From Acetobacteraceae bacterium (GTDB lineage Bacteria; Pseudomonadota; Alphaproteobacteria; Acetobacterales; Acetobacteraceae): a stretch of DNA of 64,000 nucleotides. The stretch lies in NCBI GenBank assembly GCA_025354865.1, contig JANXMB010000143.1, positions 5,499 to 69,498 of the forward strand. The letters run 5' to 3'. A program made the translations under genes and the position numbers. Positions 19,468-30,033 of this stretch are shown piece after piece. Position 1 is the first letter of the stretch. The number at the start of each line of letters is the position of its first letter. Under the pieces are notes generated by a model. It saw only the letters and a program-made list of their open reading frames with translations. It searched no databases and was not told the origin of the DNA.

Positions 19468-20040
19468 ATGATCCCCTGCCTGATCCTGGGCGACAGTCTT
19501 GCCGTTGGCGTCGGTCAGGCTCGGCCCGAGTGTTCGACGATCGCGGAAGTCGGCATCAACTCCACCCGCTATCTGCAAACCCTGCATGGCGCCCGTCATG
19601 CCCGGACGATCGTGATCAGCCTGGGGGTGAACGATTCGCTGGATATGGAAACCCTGGCCAACCTGCGGCAGCTTCGGCGCGGGGTGTCGGCGGATAGGGT
19701 CTATTGGCTGTTGCCCGGCATCCACCCAATCGCCCGCGATGCCGTGCGCACCGTTGCTCGGGAATATCGCGATCGCATCCTGGAGGTCGCGCCTTTGACC
19801 GGCGCGGATCGCATCCATCCGGATCGGGCCGGCTATGCGCAGTTGGCGGCGATGACCCGCGGGAGCGGCGGATCGGTCTACGGCGCCTTTGCGGAGCGGA
19901 CGCTGGCGTATCGGGATTTCCCGTTGCCGCTGCCGCCGCCTGTGCCAGGAGTACCGGGGGTCAAAGTCTGGGCTGGGCCGTATAGCTTGAACGGGCTGCC
20001 GGTGCCGCCGACGCCGCCGGCAAAACCGCCGCCGCGTTGA
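19468..20040 (+). CDS. minimal SGNH/GDSL-fold protein with Pro-rich C-terminal tail, leaderless (paralog of 15246..15671)
   Basis: The ATG at 19468 abuts the upstream TGA. MIPCLILGDSLAVGVGQARPEC...ISLGVND...DRIHP, then the tail PLPLPPPVPGVPG...PVPPTPPAKPPPR. Confidence 0.6.
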   Translation: MIPCLILGDSLAVGVGQARPECSTIAEVGINSTRYLQTLHGARHARTIVISLGVNDSLDMETLANLRQLRRGVSADRVYWLLPGIHPIARDAVRTVAREYRDRILEVAPLTGADRIHPDRAGYAQLAAMTRGSGGSVYGAFAERTLAYRDFPLPLPPPVPGVPGVKVWAGPYSLNGLPVPPTPPAKPPPR

Positions 20041-21676
20041 TCGTCAAAGTCGGGTACTGGCCGGCCGCCAATGCATCGAGGCTGGGTGCGGGCAAGCGCA
20101 GCGCCACCGCATAACGCCAGGATGCCGCCAGCGCGTCGAACAGGAAGGCGCGCAGCACCGGGCTGGGCACCGCTTCGATGAACATCAGCGGATCGCCGCC
20201 GTCGTTCACGCCCGCGACCCAACGCTTCATCGCGCCCTGCCCCTGGCCGTACGCGGCCAGCAACCGCAGCAGATCGCCGTGGATGTCGGGGTCCTTCGCC
20301 AGGACCTGGATGTAGCGCTGCCCGACGGCGAGGTTGGTGCCGGGTTCGGCCAGCCGGCCCATCCGGTCGGCACTGAGCGCCCCGATCCCGCGCGCGGTAT
20401 TCGGCATGATCTGCATCAACCCGCGCGCACCCAAACTGGATACCAAATCGGATCGGAAATTCGATTCGTGCTGAACGATACCATATACCAATGTTGGATC
20501 GATTGTGAAACCGCCATCGGGTTTCAATTTCGGCGGCATACGGCGATCTTCGGCGACGACGGCGGTGCGATATCCGACCCGCAAACTCAGCGCGAAATGC
20601 GGCATTTCGGCCGCTTCGGCAACGACAATCAACAGGTCCTTGAGCGTCTGTTCCGTTTCCACATCGAGCGCCAAAGCCCGCAGCTCGTCTTCGGCCCTTG
20701 CGTATTCGCCAACCTGCAACAGCGCGAAAACCCGGCGGGCTCGGGGGATTGCCATCAGCCGTTGAAAGTCGATCGCGCCGAGCGTTCGATCCGATGTCGG
20801 ATTGGCATCGAATGCGTGGATAAGGCCCAGGCGGCGGCGTGCGATCCGGCCGTAAAATGTATCCTGCGCGAGTGCCGTCCGACGCAACCAGAGGGAGGTT
20901 TCGGTGGGCTGCCCGGCCGCTTCGCTGACCCTCGCCATCCAAAAAGCGGCGGCAGATCGTTGCGTATCGTTTTGTGCTGTTTCGTATGCAGAATTGAATA
21001 ATATTGCTGCATCGGTCGCATTGTTTTGCCGCCACGCGGCGAGTCCGCCGGCCAGCAGATCGTCCGAAATCCGCCCATTCGCCGGCGCATGCACCAATGC
21101 TCGGCTTGCCGCAATCGCGTCGGCATCGCGATTTTGCGCGAAAAGTCCGCGCACGCCGCCGGGTGCGGCCACAATGCGCCGCTTTGCAGGCGGGGCATTT
21201 CCACTGACGGCATCATTGTTTCGCTCGGTATCGGCGGCTGGCTTTAAGCGCCGCAAGCGGGCAGCAATGGCCGCGCTGTCGGCTTGATCGCCGAAACGAC
21301 GCAGCCAGGACGACAGTTGTTCGGCCGTAGGATGGAAATTCGGATTGAGATAGCGTGCCGCCAGCACAGGTCCTGCCATCCAATCGGCCACGACATAGGT
21401 CAACTCTCGATCGGCATCGGCGATTGCGCCATTATTTTGCAGATAGAGAATATGCTTCACCAAAGCCACGTCGCTGGGCGACAATGGTCGTGGAAAATCG
21501 ATCCGATCGCTACCTGGCGCAACCATTCGAGGTATCGCCATGGCGGTTTCATCGTTCGTTTCAGCAACTCGCTGTGCAAAGGCACCGGATACGCACGCGG
21601 ATACCATAAAAACGGTACAGAATACGTATGTGCCAATGTTGGCGAGCCAGCTGTCGATGCGCTGTCTCATTCGCAT
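19961..21676 (-). CDS. slt: soluble lytic murein transglycosylase (Slt70 family)
   Basis: Signal peptide, a long superhelical N-terminal region, and a C-terminal SLT domain with QHESNFRSDLVSSLGARGLMQIMPNTA (catalytic Glu). Confidence 0.9.
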   Translation of the reverse strand: MRMRQRIDSWLANIGTYVFCTVFMVSACVSGAFAQRVAETNDETAMAIPRMVAPGSDRIDFPRPLSPSDVALVKHILYLQNNGAIADADRELTYVVADWMAGPVLAARYLNPNFHPTAEQLSSWLRRFGDQADSAAIAARLRRLKPAADTERNNDAVSGNAPPAKRRIVAAPGGVRGLFAQNRDADAIAASRALVHAPANGRISDDLLAGGLAAWRQNNATDAAILFNSAYETAQNDTQRSAAAFWMARVSEAAGQPTETSLWLRRTALAQDTFYGRIARRRLGLIHAFDANPTSDRTLGAIDFQRLMAIPRARRVFALLQVGEYARAEDELRALALDVETEQTLKDLLIVVAEAAEMPHFALSLRVGYRTAVVAEDRRMPPKLKPDGGFTIDPTLVYGIVQHESNFRSDLVSSLGARGLMQIMPNTARGIGALSADRMGRLAEPGTNLAVGQRYIQVLAKDPDIHGDLLRLLAAYGQGQGAMKRWVAGVNDGGDPLMFIEAVPSPVLRAFLFDALAASWRYAVALRLPAPSLDALAAGQYPTLTINAAAVLPAASAAPAARSSYTAQPRL

Positions 21677-22020
21677 TCAGCGTTTCTACACACCGATATT
21701 CGATATTGCAAGTGTTCCGCGAAACTCCCGGAATTCGGTACCTCCGCACGAACATTGAGGCAAATTCATGGCGACATTAAGTCGCTGCATATTCCGTTAA
21801 TTTACCGTTTATATTCAGTTCGGTAAGATAATTCGATACGGAAAAAGCGATTTCGATACGTATCCAGATGCGGAAAAATTGTTGAAGCAGTTGGCGTTAG
21901 CCGATCCGGCCCGCTTTTCGGCAACACAACGCCGGCATGCCTCGCCACCCACGCCCTCGAACGATCCGGCCGTGCCGAATGCGGCTTCCCGCCCGGACGC
22001 AACGCTGGCATCTTCCGGCG

Positions 22021-23142
22021 GTGCCACGGCTTCAGCGCCTTACCCTCACCGATTTCCGCAGCTACGCCGGCTTGACCTGGCGTCCCAACGCCGCGATCGC
22101 CGTGTTCGTGGGGCCGAATGGCAGCGGCAAGACCAATTTATTGGAAGCAGCGTCGTTTTTGGTTCCCGGTCGCGGCCTGCGAGGCGCGCGCAACGCCGAT
22201 CTGCCGCGACACGGCGGCGCGGGCGGCTGGGCGGTGGCGGGGCGCTTCGAATCGCCGGACGGGGCATACGACATCGGCACCGGCACCGCGCCCGACGGGC
22301 CGCCGGACCGCCGCATTTTCCGCCTGGACGGCGCCGCGCCGCGCAGTCAGGCCGAAATCGCCCGCCGCATCGCCGCCGTCTGGCTGACGCCGCAGATGGA
22401 TCGGCTGTTCCAGGAAGGGCTGTCCGGCCGCCGCCGGTTCCTCGACCGGCTGGTCTGGGCGCTGGAACCCGGCCACGCCCGGGAAATGGCCGCGCACGAC
22501 GCCGCGATGGGCAGCCGCAACCGCCTGCTGACCGAGGGGCGGCAAGACCGAGCCTGGCTGGCTGGGTTGGAGGATGCGATGGCGCGGCATGCGGTGGCGG
22601 CGACGGCGGCGCGATCCGCTTTGGTCGCGCGCCTCAACGCGGCCCTGGCCAGCGGCGTCGCCGGGGCGTTTCCGGTCGCCCGAATCGCGCTGGCCTGCCC
22701 GATTGCCGAACGGTTGGCGGCAGATCCGGCCCTGGCGGTGGAGGATTGGCTGCGGGCTTCGCTGGAGGCCAATCGCGGCCGCGATGCCGCTGCCCACGCT
22801 GCCGCGCTGGGGGCGCATCGCAGCGACATGGTGCTGACCGACGCGGTCGCCGGCACCCCGGCCGCGCTGGCCAGCACCGGCGAGCAAAAAGCGCTGCTGA
22901 TCGGCGTCATCCTGGGCCATGCCGTACTGATCGCCGAAACCCGCGGTTTTCCGCCAATCCTGCTGCTGGACGAGCCAGCCGTACACCTCGATCCCCGCCG
23001 GCGGGAGGCGTTGTTCGCGGCGCTGATCCGCCTGCAGGCGCAGACGCTGATGACCGGCACCGACATCGAGACCTTCGCCCCCCTGTCGGGGCGCGCCGAA
23101 ATGCTGCGGACCGGCGGGGGCGCGCTGTACCCCCTGTCCTAA
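22021..23142 (+). CDS. recF: DNA replication and repair protein RecF
   Basis: ORF 21937..23142. Walker A GPNGSGKTNLLEA. The GTG at 22021 gives the family-typical N-terminus (M)PRLQRLTLTDFRSY. The in-frame ATGs at 21937 and 21979 would add an R/P-rich extension, so the start is uncertain. Confidence 0.9.
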   Translation: MPRLQRLTLTDFRSYAGLTWRPNAAIAVFVGPNGSGKTNLLEAASFLVPGRGLRGARNADLPRHGGAGGWAVAGRFESPDGAYDIGTGTAPDGPPDRRIFRLDGAAPRSQAEIARRIAAVWLTPQMDRLFQEGLSGRRRFLDRLVWALEPGHAREMAAHDAAMGSRNRLLTEGRQDRAWLAGLEDAMARHAVAATAARSALVARLNAALASGVAGAFPVARIALACPIAERLAADPALAVEDWLRASLEANRGRDAAAHAAALGAHRSDMVLTDAVAGTPAALASTGEQKALLIGVILGHAVLIAETRGFPPILLLDEPAVHLDPRRREALFAALIRLQAQTLMTGTDIETFAPLSGRAEMLRTGGGALYPLS

Positions 23143-23165
23143 ATCGCGCGCGGATGCTAGGATAA

Positions 23166-25637
<2,472 letters not shown>

Positions 25638-25711
25638 TACTGGGCGCCCGAACTTCTAACGCTTGTGCAGTCGGCTTCCCGGCCTGTACCGCCGCTTGAA
25701 TTGAGGTTCCG

Positions 25712-26572
25712 ATGCCGACACTGGATGCGTTGAACGCCGCCCCATTGGATGTGTTCGTGGCCGCATTGGACGGCGTGTTCGAACACGCGCCGTGGGTTGC
25801 CGCCAAAGCCGCTGCCGGCCGGCCCTTCCCAACCGTGGCCGCGTTGCACGATGCGCTGATGGCGCAGGTGCGGACGGCCTCGGCAGAAACCCTGGTGGCA
25901 TTCCTGTGCGGGCACCCCGAGCTTTCGCCGAAAGTGTTGGCCGATCCGGGGTTGACGGCGGCGTCGCGCGACGAACAAGGCGGGTTGGGCCTGGATAGCC
26001 TGGGCGACGATCTGCGCCGGTTCGAGGATTGCAACGCCGAATACCGAGCGAAATTCGGCTTCCCGTTCATCGTCTGCGTCCGCCGCCTGACGCCGCCTTT
26101 CGTCCAACGCGCCATGGGCCGCCGTCTGGCGAGCACCCCGGAAACCGAACGCGAAACCGCCATCGCGGAAATCGGTTACATCTCGCGACTGCGCCTCAAG
26201 GATCGGGTCGAGGGTCCGGGCATGCCGAAAACCGACGGGCATTTATCCACCCATGTGCTGGACACCGCGCGCGGCTGCCCGGCGGCGGGGGTGCGGATCG
26301 AATTGTTCCGCGAAGGCGCGCAGATCGCGGAAGGCCGCACCAACCGCGACGGCCGCACCGAAGCCCCGCTGATCGAGGGCGAGCCCCTACGCATCGGGCG
26401 CTACGAATTGCGTTTCCACGTCGCAGATTATTTCGCCAACTGGCCGGCAGCCGCCGATCCGCCGTGGTACGATATCATCCCGATTCGTTTCGCCATCGCC
26501 GAACCGGAAGGCCACTACCACACGCCGCTGCTGCTGGGCGCATGGACATACACGACGTATCGCGGCAGTTGA
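25712..26572 (+). CDS. fused OHCU decarboxylase / 5-hydroxyisourate hydrolase
   Basis: The N-terminal half has GHPELS and FGFPFIVCV (OHCU decarboxylase-like). The C-terminal ~116 aa, from about 26222, has HLSTHVLD...HYHTPLLLGAWTYTTYRGS with the HIUase terminal YRGS. Single uninterrupted frame. Confidence 0.8.
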   Translation: MPTLDALNAAPLDVFVAALDGVFEHAPWVAAKAAAGRPFPTVAALHDALMAQVRTASAETLVAFLCGHPELSPKVLADPGLTAASRDEQGGLGLDSLGDDLRRFEDCNAEYRAKFGFPFIVCVRRLTPPFVQRAMGRRLASTPETERETAIAEIGYISRLRLKDRVEGPGMPKTDGHLSTHVLDTARGCPAAGVRIELFREGAQIAEGRTNRDGRTEAPLIEGEPLRIGRYELRFHVADYFANWPAAADPPWYDIIPIRFAIAEPEGHYHTPLLLGAWTYTTYRGS

Positions 26573-26612
26573 GCAGGAATCGCCCGTTCCACCGTCCTGC
26601 GGAGTCCGTCCC

Positions 26613-27389
26613 ATGAATCCGAACCCCATGCGCGCCGCCCTCGAACGCGGGGAACCGCAGATCGGCACCTGGCTGACCATGGCGCGCAACCCCGCCATCC
26701 TCTCGCTGATGAAAGCCGCCGGGCTCGATTTTGCTCGGGTGGACATGGAGCACACCGCGCTGACCATCGAGACCATCGCCGATATGGCGGTGTTGTCGCG
26801 CGCCCTGAACTTCCCGATCGCCGTGCGCCCGCCCAAAGCCAACCGCGAATGGATCACCCGCCTGCTCGACGTCGGGGTTTGGAACCTGCATTGCCCGCAG
26901 GTCGAAAACGCGGCGCATGCGCGGGAAATCGTCGAAGCATCGCGCTACGCGCCGATGGGTCTGCGCGGCAACGGCGGGCTGAGTGCTGCCACCGACTTCG
27001 ACGGCACCTTGTCGCAGACGGATCGGCGGGCGCATGCCAATCGCCAAGTCTATGTCACGGTCATGTTCGAAACCGCCAAGGCGTTCGACGATCTGGACGC
27101 GATCGCCGCCATGCCGGGGATCGACGCGCTGACGATCGGGCCGGCCGATCTGGGACAGGACCTCGGGGTGACCGGCACGCCGGACGCCGGACGGGTGTTG
27201 GACGAACACCGCGACCGCATCCTCGCGGCGTGCCGCAAGCACGGCAAAACCGCCGCGATGCTGGTCGGCAGCTTCGAGGAAATGCAGAAATGGAAGGAAG
27301 CCGGCGTGCTGCTGCTGGCCTATTCCTCGGACGCCGATGTGCTCTATCGCGGCTACAGCGCGGCGATGAAGCAGATCAAGGGGGCATAG
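26613..27389 (+). CDS. HpcH/HpaI-family aldolase
   Basis: MNPNPMRAALERGEPQIGTWLTMARNPAILSLMKAAGLDFARVDMEH... matches the HpcH/HpaI/citrate-lyase-beta TIM-barrel family pattern. Confidence 0.8.
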   Translation: MNPNPMRAALERGEPQIGTWLTMARNPAILSLMKAAGLDFARVDMEHTALTIETIADMAVLSRALNFPIAVRPPKANREWITRLLDVGVWNLHCPQVENAAHAREIVEASRYAPMGLRGNGGLSAATDFDGTLSQTDRRAHANRQVYVTVMFETAKAFDDLDAIAAMPGIDALTIGPADLGQDLGVTGTPDAGRVLDEHRDRILAACRKHGKTAAMLVGSFEEMQKWKEAGVLLLAYSSDADVLYRGYSAAMKQIKGA

Positions 27390-28791
27390 AGCGCGAGGAA
27401 ACAATAGGCCGGGGCGGGATGGCGATCAGCGCGGCCAGCGCCAGCGCCGCGGTCAGGGTCCATTGCGCGATGGCGAAGGCGTGGGCGTAGGCACGCTCCC
27501 CCGTTGCACCGGCCAGAACGGAAAAGAACAGGCTGCCGATCGCCGCCGCGCTGACCGACGCACCGACTTGCAGCGCCGAGTTCAAAATACCGGCCGCCAA
27601 TCCGCCTTGCTGCGGCGGCACATCGCCCAACACCGTGTTGAACAGGCGCGGGAAGGCGATGCCCTGCCCGAACCCCGCCAGGAACAGGGCCGTCGCCAGC
27701 ACCCATCCGTCGGTGCCGATCCATACCAGCGCGCCGACGGCGGCATAGAACGCGACCTGGATCGCCATCCCGATCGCCAATAGGCGCGGGCGCAGCCGTA
27801 CCAGCCGGGCCGTTGCCAGCGGCCCCAGCGACAGGCCGATCCCGTACGGCACAATGGTCAGGCCGGTCCATAACGGCGGCACCCCGCGCCCGAGTTGCTG
27901 GTAGATGCCGAACAGGAAATAGAAAGACGTGGTGAAGAAGAACAGCATCCCGACCAGCACGCCTCGGCGGAAGGTGGGGATGGCGAACAGCCGCATATCG
28001 ACCAGCGGCATGCCGCCTCGACCGGCCAACCATGCCTCGAACCGCAGGAACGCCGCGATCGACAATGGGGCGCTGGCCAGGACCAGGAAGACCCAAAGCG
28101 GCCACCCTCGATCCCGCCCGAGCGAGAGGGGCAGCACGATGGAGGCGAGGGCGGTGGACAGGAGGATGGCGCCGCCGATGTCCAGTTTCACCCTCTGGCT
28201 GCCGCTGGTTTCCGGCAGCAGGAACCAAGCGGCGACAATGGTAACGAGGCAAAATGGCAGCTTCAGCAGGAACACCGCCCGCCAGCCCCAATCGAACGGG
28301 TTCCAGGCCACCAAAGCGCCCCCGGCAAACTGCCCGACTGCGGCGGCGAGACCCACCGTCGTGCCGTACAGGCTCATGGCGCGCGCCAAGGCTCGGTCGT
28401 CGGTGTAGAGCGCGCGCATGGTAGCGAGGGTCTGCGGTTGCAGCATTGCAGCGGCGATACCGAGCGCCACCCGCCCCACCAGCAATTGGGTCGGGGTTTG
28501 GGCGACGCCGCATAGCAGATTGGCGAGGGCGAAACCGGTCATCCCCAGCATGTAGAGCAACCGCCGGCCATAGAGATCGCCCAGGCGCCCGCCGGTGATC
28601 AGAGCGACCGCGTAGCCCGCCGCGTAACCCGAAACCACGAGCTGCGTTTCGGCCGGCGAGGTATGCAGGTTTTCGCGAATCGACGGCAGGGCGACGTTGA
28701 CGATGAAGAAGTCGATCGGCGGCAGCAGCGCGCCCGCCAGCAACACGAACAAGGCTGGCCATCGCGTTGTCGCGGCTGGGATGGCCGGCAA
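27376..28791 (-). CDS. MFS transporter (DHA2/EmrB-like, about 14 TM segments)
   Basis: 471-aa polytopic protein with the GGRLGDLYGRR MFS motif A between TM2 and TM3. Its end overlaps the aldolase end by 14 nt (convergent). Confidence 0.85.
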   Translation of the reverse strand: MPAIPAATTRWPALFVLLAGALLPPIDFFIVNVALPSIRENLHTSPAETQLVVSGYAAGYAVALITGGRLGDLYGRRLLYMLGMTGFALANLLCGVAQTPTQLLVGRVALGIAAAMLQPQTLATMRALYTDDRALARAMSLYGTTVGLAAAVGQFAGGALVAWNPFDWGWRAVFLLKLPFCLVTIVAAWFLLPETSGSQRVKLDIGGAILLSTALASIVLPLSLGRDRGWPLWVFLVLASAPLSIAAFLRFEAWLAGRGGMPLVDMRLFAIPTFRRGVLVGMLFFFTTSFYFLFGIYQQLGRGVPPLWTGLTIVPYGIGLSLGPLATARLVRLRPRLLAIGMAIQVAFYAAVGALVWIGTDGWVLATALFLAGFGQGIAFPRLFNTVLGDVPPQQGGLAAGILNSALQVGASVSAAAIGSLFFSVLAGATGERAYAHAFAIAQWTLTAALALAALIAIPPRPIVSSRSMPP

Positions 28792-28897
28792 GATCGTTCC
28801 TCCGCTTCACACCGTTCTGGCGTCCTGGCCGGAAATTGAGTAGCGGGGACAGGTCTGTTCCACAAGGCAACCCGCCATCGCCGCTTTCCCCCCACCG

Positions 28898-30031
28898 CTG
28901 CGACCCCGCGACCCCGACGGCCACTATGCTCGGCTGGGGATCGAACCGACCGCGCCGGCCGAGGCGATCGCGGCTGCCTTCCGACGCCAAGCCCGTTTGC
29001 TGCATCCCGACGTGCCGGGCACCGGCAATACCGACGCATTCGTGGCAGCGAAGCGGTCGTACGACGTTCTGAACAATTCCCGCACCCGCGCCGAATACGA
29101 CCGTGCCGCTCGCCGAGCCGCGTTGGAGTCGGTGGAGCCGGGGGAGATCCCGCCGATGCGCCCGACGCACATGGCCGCTGCGCCGATTCGCAACCCGCGT
29201 GTTGCGGATGTGCCCATCGCCGTCTGGGCGGTGCTGGGCACCGTGTTGGTGGTCGGCATTTTCGAAATCGTCCGGCACTTACTAATGCTGTCGCCGTTGC
29301 CGCCCCATCGGGAAATACGGGCCAATGCCCCGATCGTGACCCCGGCCTCGCCGGAGGTGGCGCGTATACTCGCCTACGGGCCGACGCCGCTGCGCCTGCC
29401 GGGCAACCCCAATTATTACATCGTGCCCGCTGCTGGGGGGACGGTGGTTTGGCGGTACGACGAACCGCGCAAAGCCTTCGTGCCCGCCGGGCAATTGCCG
29501 CCCTTCAGCTCGGTGCAGGCCTTGCGCCTGAACCGGCAGAACGGGCTGGTGGAGGTGCGGATCGGCGACGCTGCCAACGGATTTATCGAGGCAGCGCGCC
29601 TGACCCCCGGCGACGCGGCCGCCGCGCATCGCGCCTATTGCGCCCATAATACCGGCCCGGCCCCCGGCAACGGGGAGATCCTGCACCAAAGCGGCACCGG
29701 CAAAGGACGGCTGGCGCTGGACAACCGCACCACTCAGCCGGCGGTGGTTAAACTCCGCGACAGTGCAGGGACGACCGTGCTGACGACCTATCTTGCGCCC
29801 GGCGCGCATGTCGAGGTGGAGGGGTTGCCGGAAGGCCGCTACCGGCCCGATTTCGCGATCGGGGAACTCTGGAGTCGCGCCTGCCAAAGCTTCGCGGCGG
29901 GCATGCGCGCCCAGCGATTGAGCGGTTTTTTCACCCTGGCAGCGTTGACGCCGCTGACCATTCCGCCCGACCTTCCCGGCGAGCCTTTTCCGGTGGATAT
30001 TCCCGATCAGGCCTTCGAACGGGACCAATAG
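28898..30031 (+). CDS. J-domain (DnaJ-like) single-pass membrane protein; start codon uncertain and non-canonical
   Basis: The track ORF starts at TTG 28997 (MLHPDVPG...). The same frame is open from 28844 and encodes J-domain helix I (HYARLGIEPTAPAEAIAAAFRRQARLLHPD). HPD is at 29003-29011. A TM helix (IAVWAVLGTVLVVGIF) follows, then a ~230-aa C-terminal domain. CTG 28898 is my best guess for the start. Confidence 0.6.
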   Translation: MRPRDPDGHYARLGIEPTAPAEAIAAAFRRQARLLHPDVPGTGNTDAFVAAKRSYDVLNNSRTRAEYDRAARRAALESVEPGEIPPMRPTHMAAAPIRNPRVADVPIAVWAVLGTVLVVGIFEIVRHLLMLSPLPPHREIRANAPIVTPASPEVARILAYGPTPLRLPGNPNYYIVPAAGGTVVWRYDEPRKAFVPAGQLPPFSSVQALRLNRQNGLVEVRIGDAANGFIEAARLTPGDAAAAHRAYCAHNTGPAPGNGEILHQSGTGKGRLALDNRTTQPAVVKLRDSAGTTVLTTYLAPGAHVEVEGLPEGRYRPDFAIGELWSRACQSFAAGMRAQRLSGFFTLAALTPLTIPPDLPGEPFPVDIPDQAFERDQ

Positions 30032-30033
30032 CC

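Noticed and set aside
15246-21676. O-acetylation island as a mobile genetic element or genomic island
   Set aside because: No integrase, transposase, tRNA target or flanking direct repeats were seen. The coding regions have the same high-GC, GC3-biased composition as the surrounding core genes. Only the non-coding spacer at 21677-22020 is compositionally different.
21797-21811. CtrA-like TTAA-N7-TTAA box
   Set aside because: The second half-site is TTTA, not TTAA, and the surrounding region is AT-rich enough for this to occur by chance.
21937-22020. N-terminal extension of recF from ATG 21937 or 21979
   Set aside because: The extra residues (MPRHPRPRTIRPCRMRLPARTQRWHLPA) are R/P-rich and unlike RecF N-termini. 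GTG 22021 gives the typical short lead into LTLTDFRSY. It cannot be excluded without homolog alignment.
28767-29072. 101-aa plus-strand ORF containing the ATG at 28926, considered as the real start of the J-domain gene
   Set aside because: It is in a different reading frame from the J-domain/HPD sequence, and its translation (…MLGWGSNRPRRPRRSRLPSD…) is low complexity. It would only matter if there is a sequencing indel.
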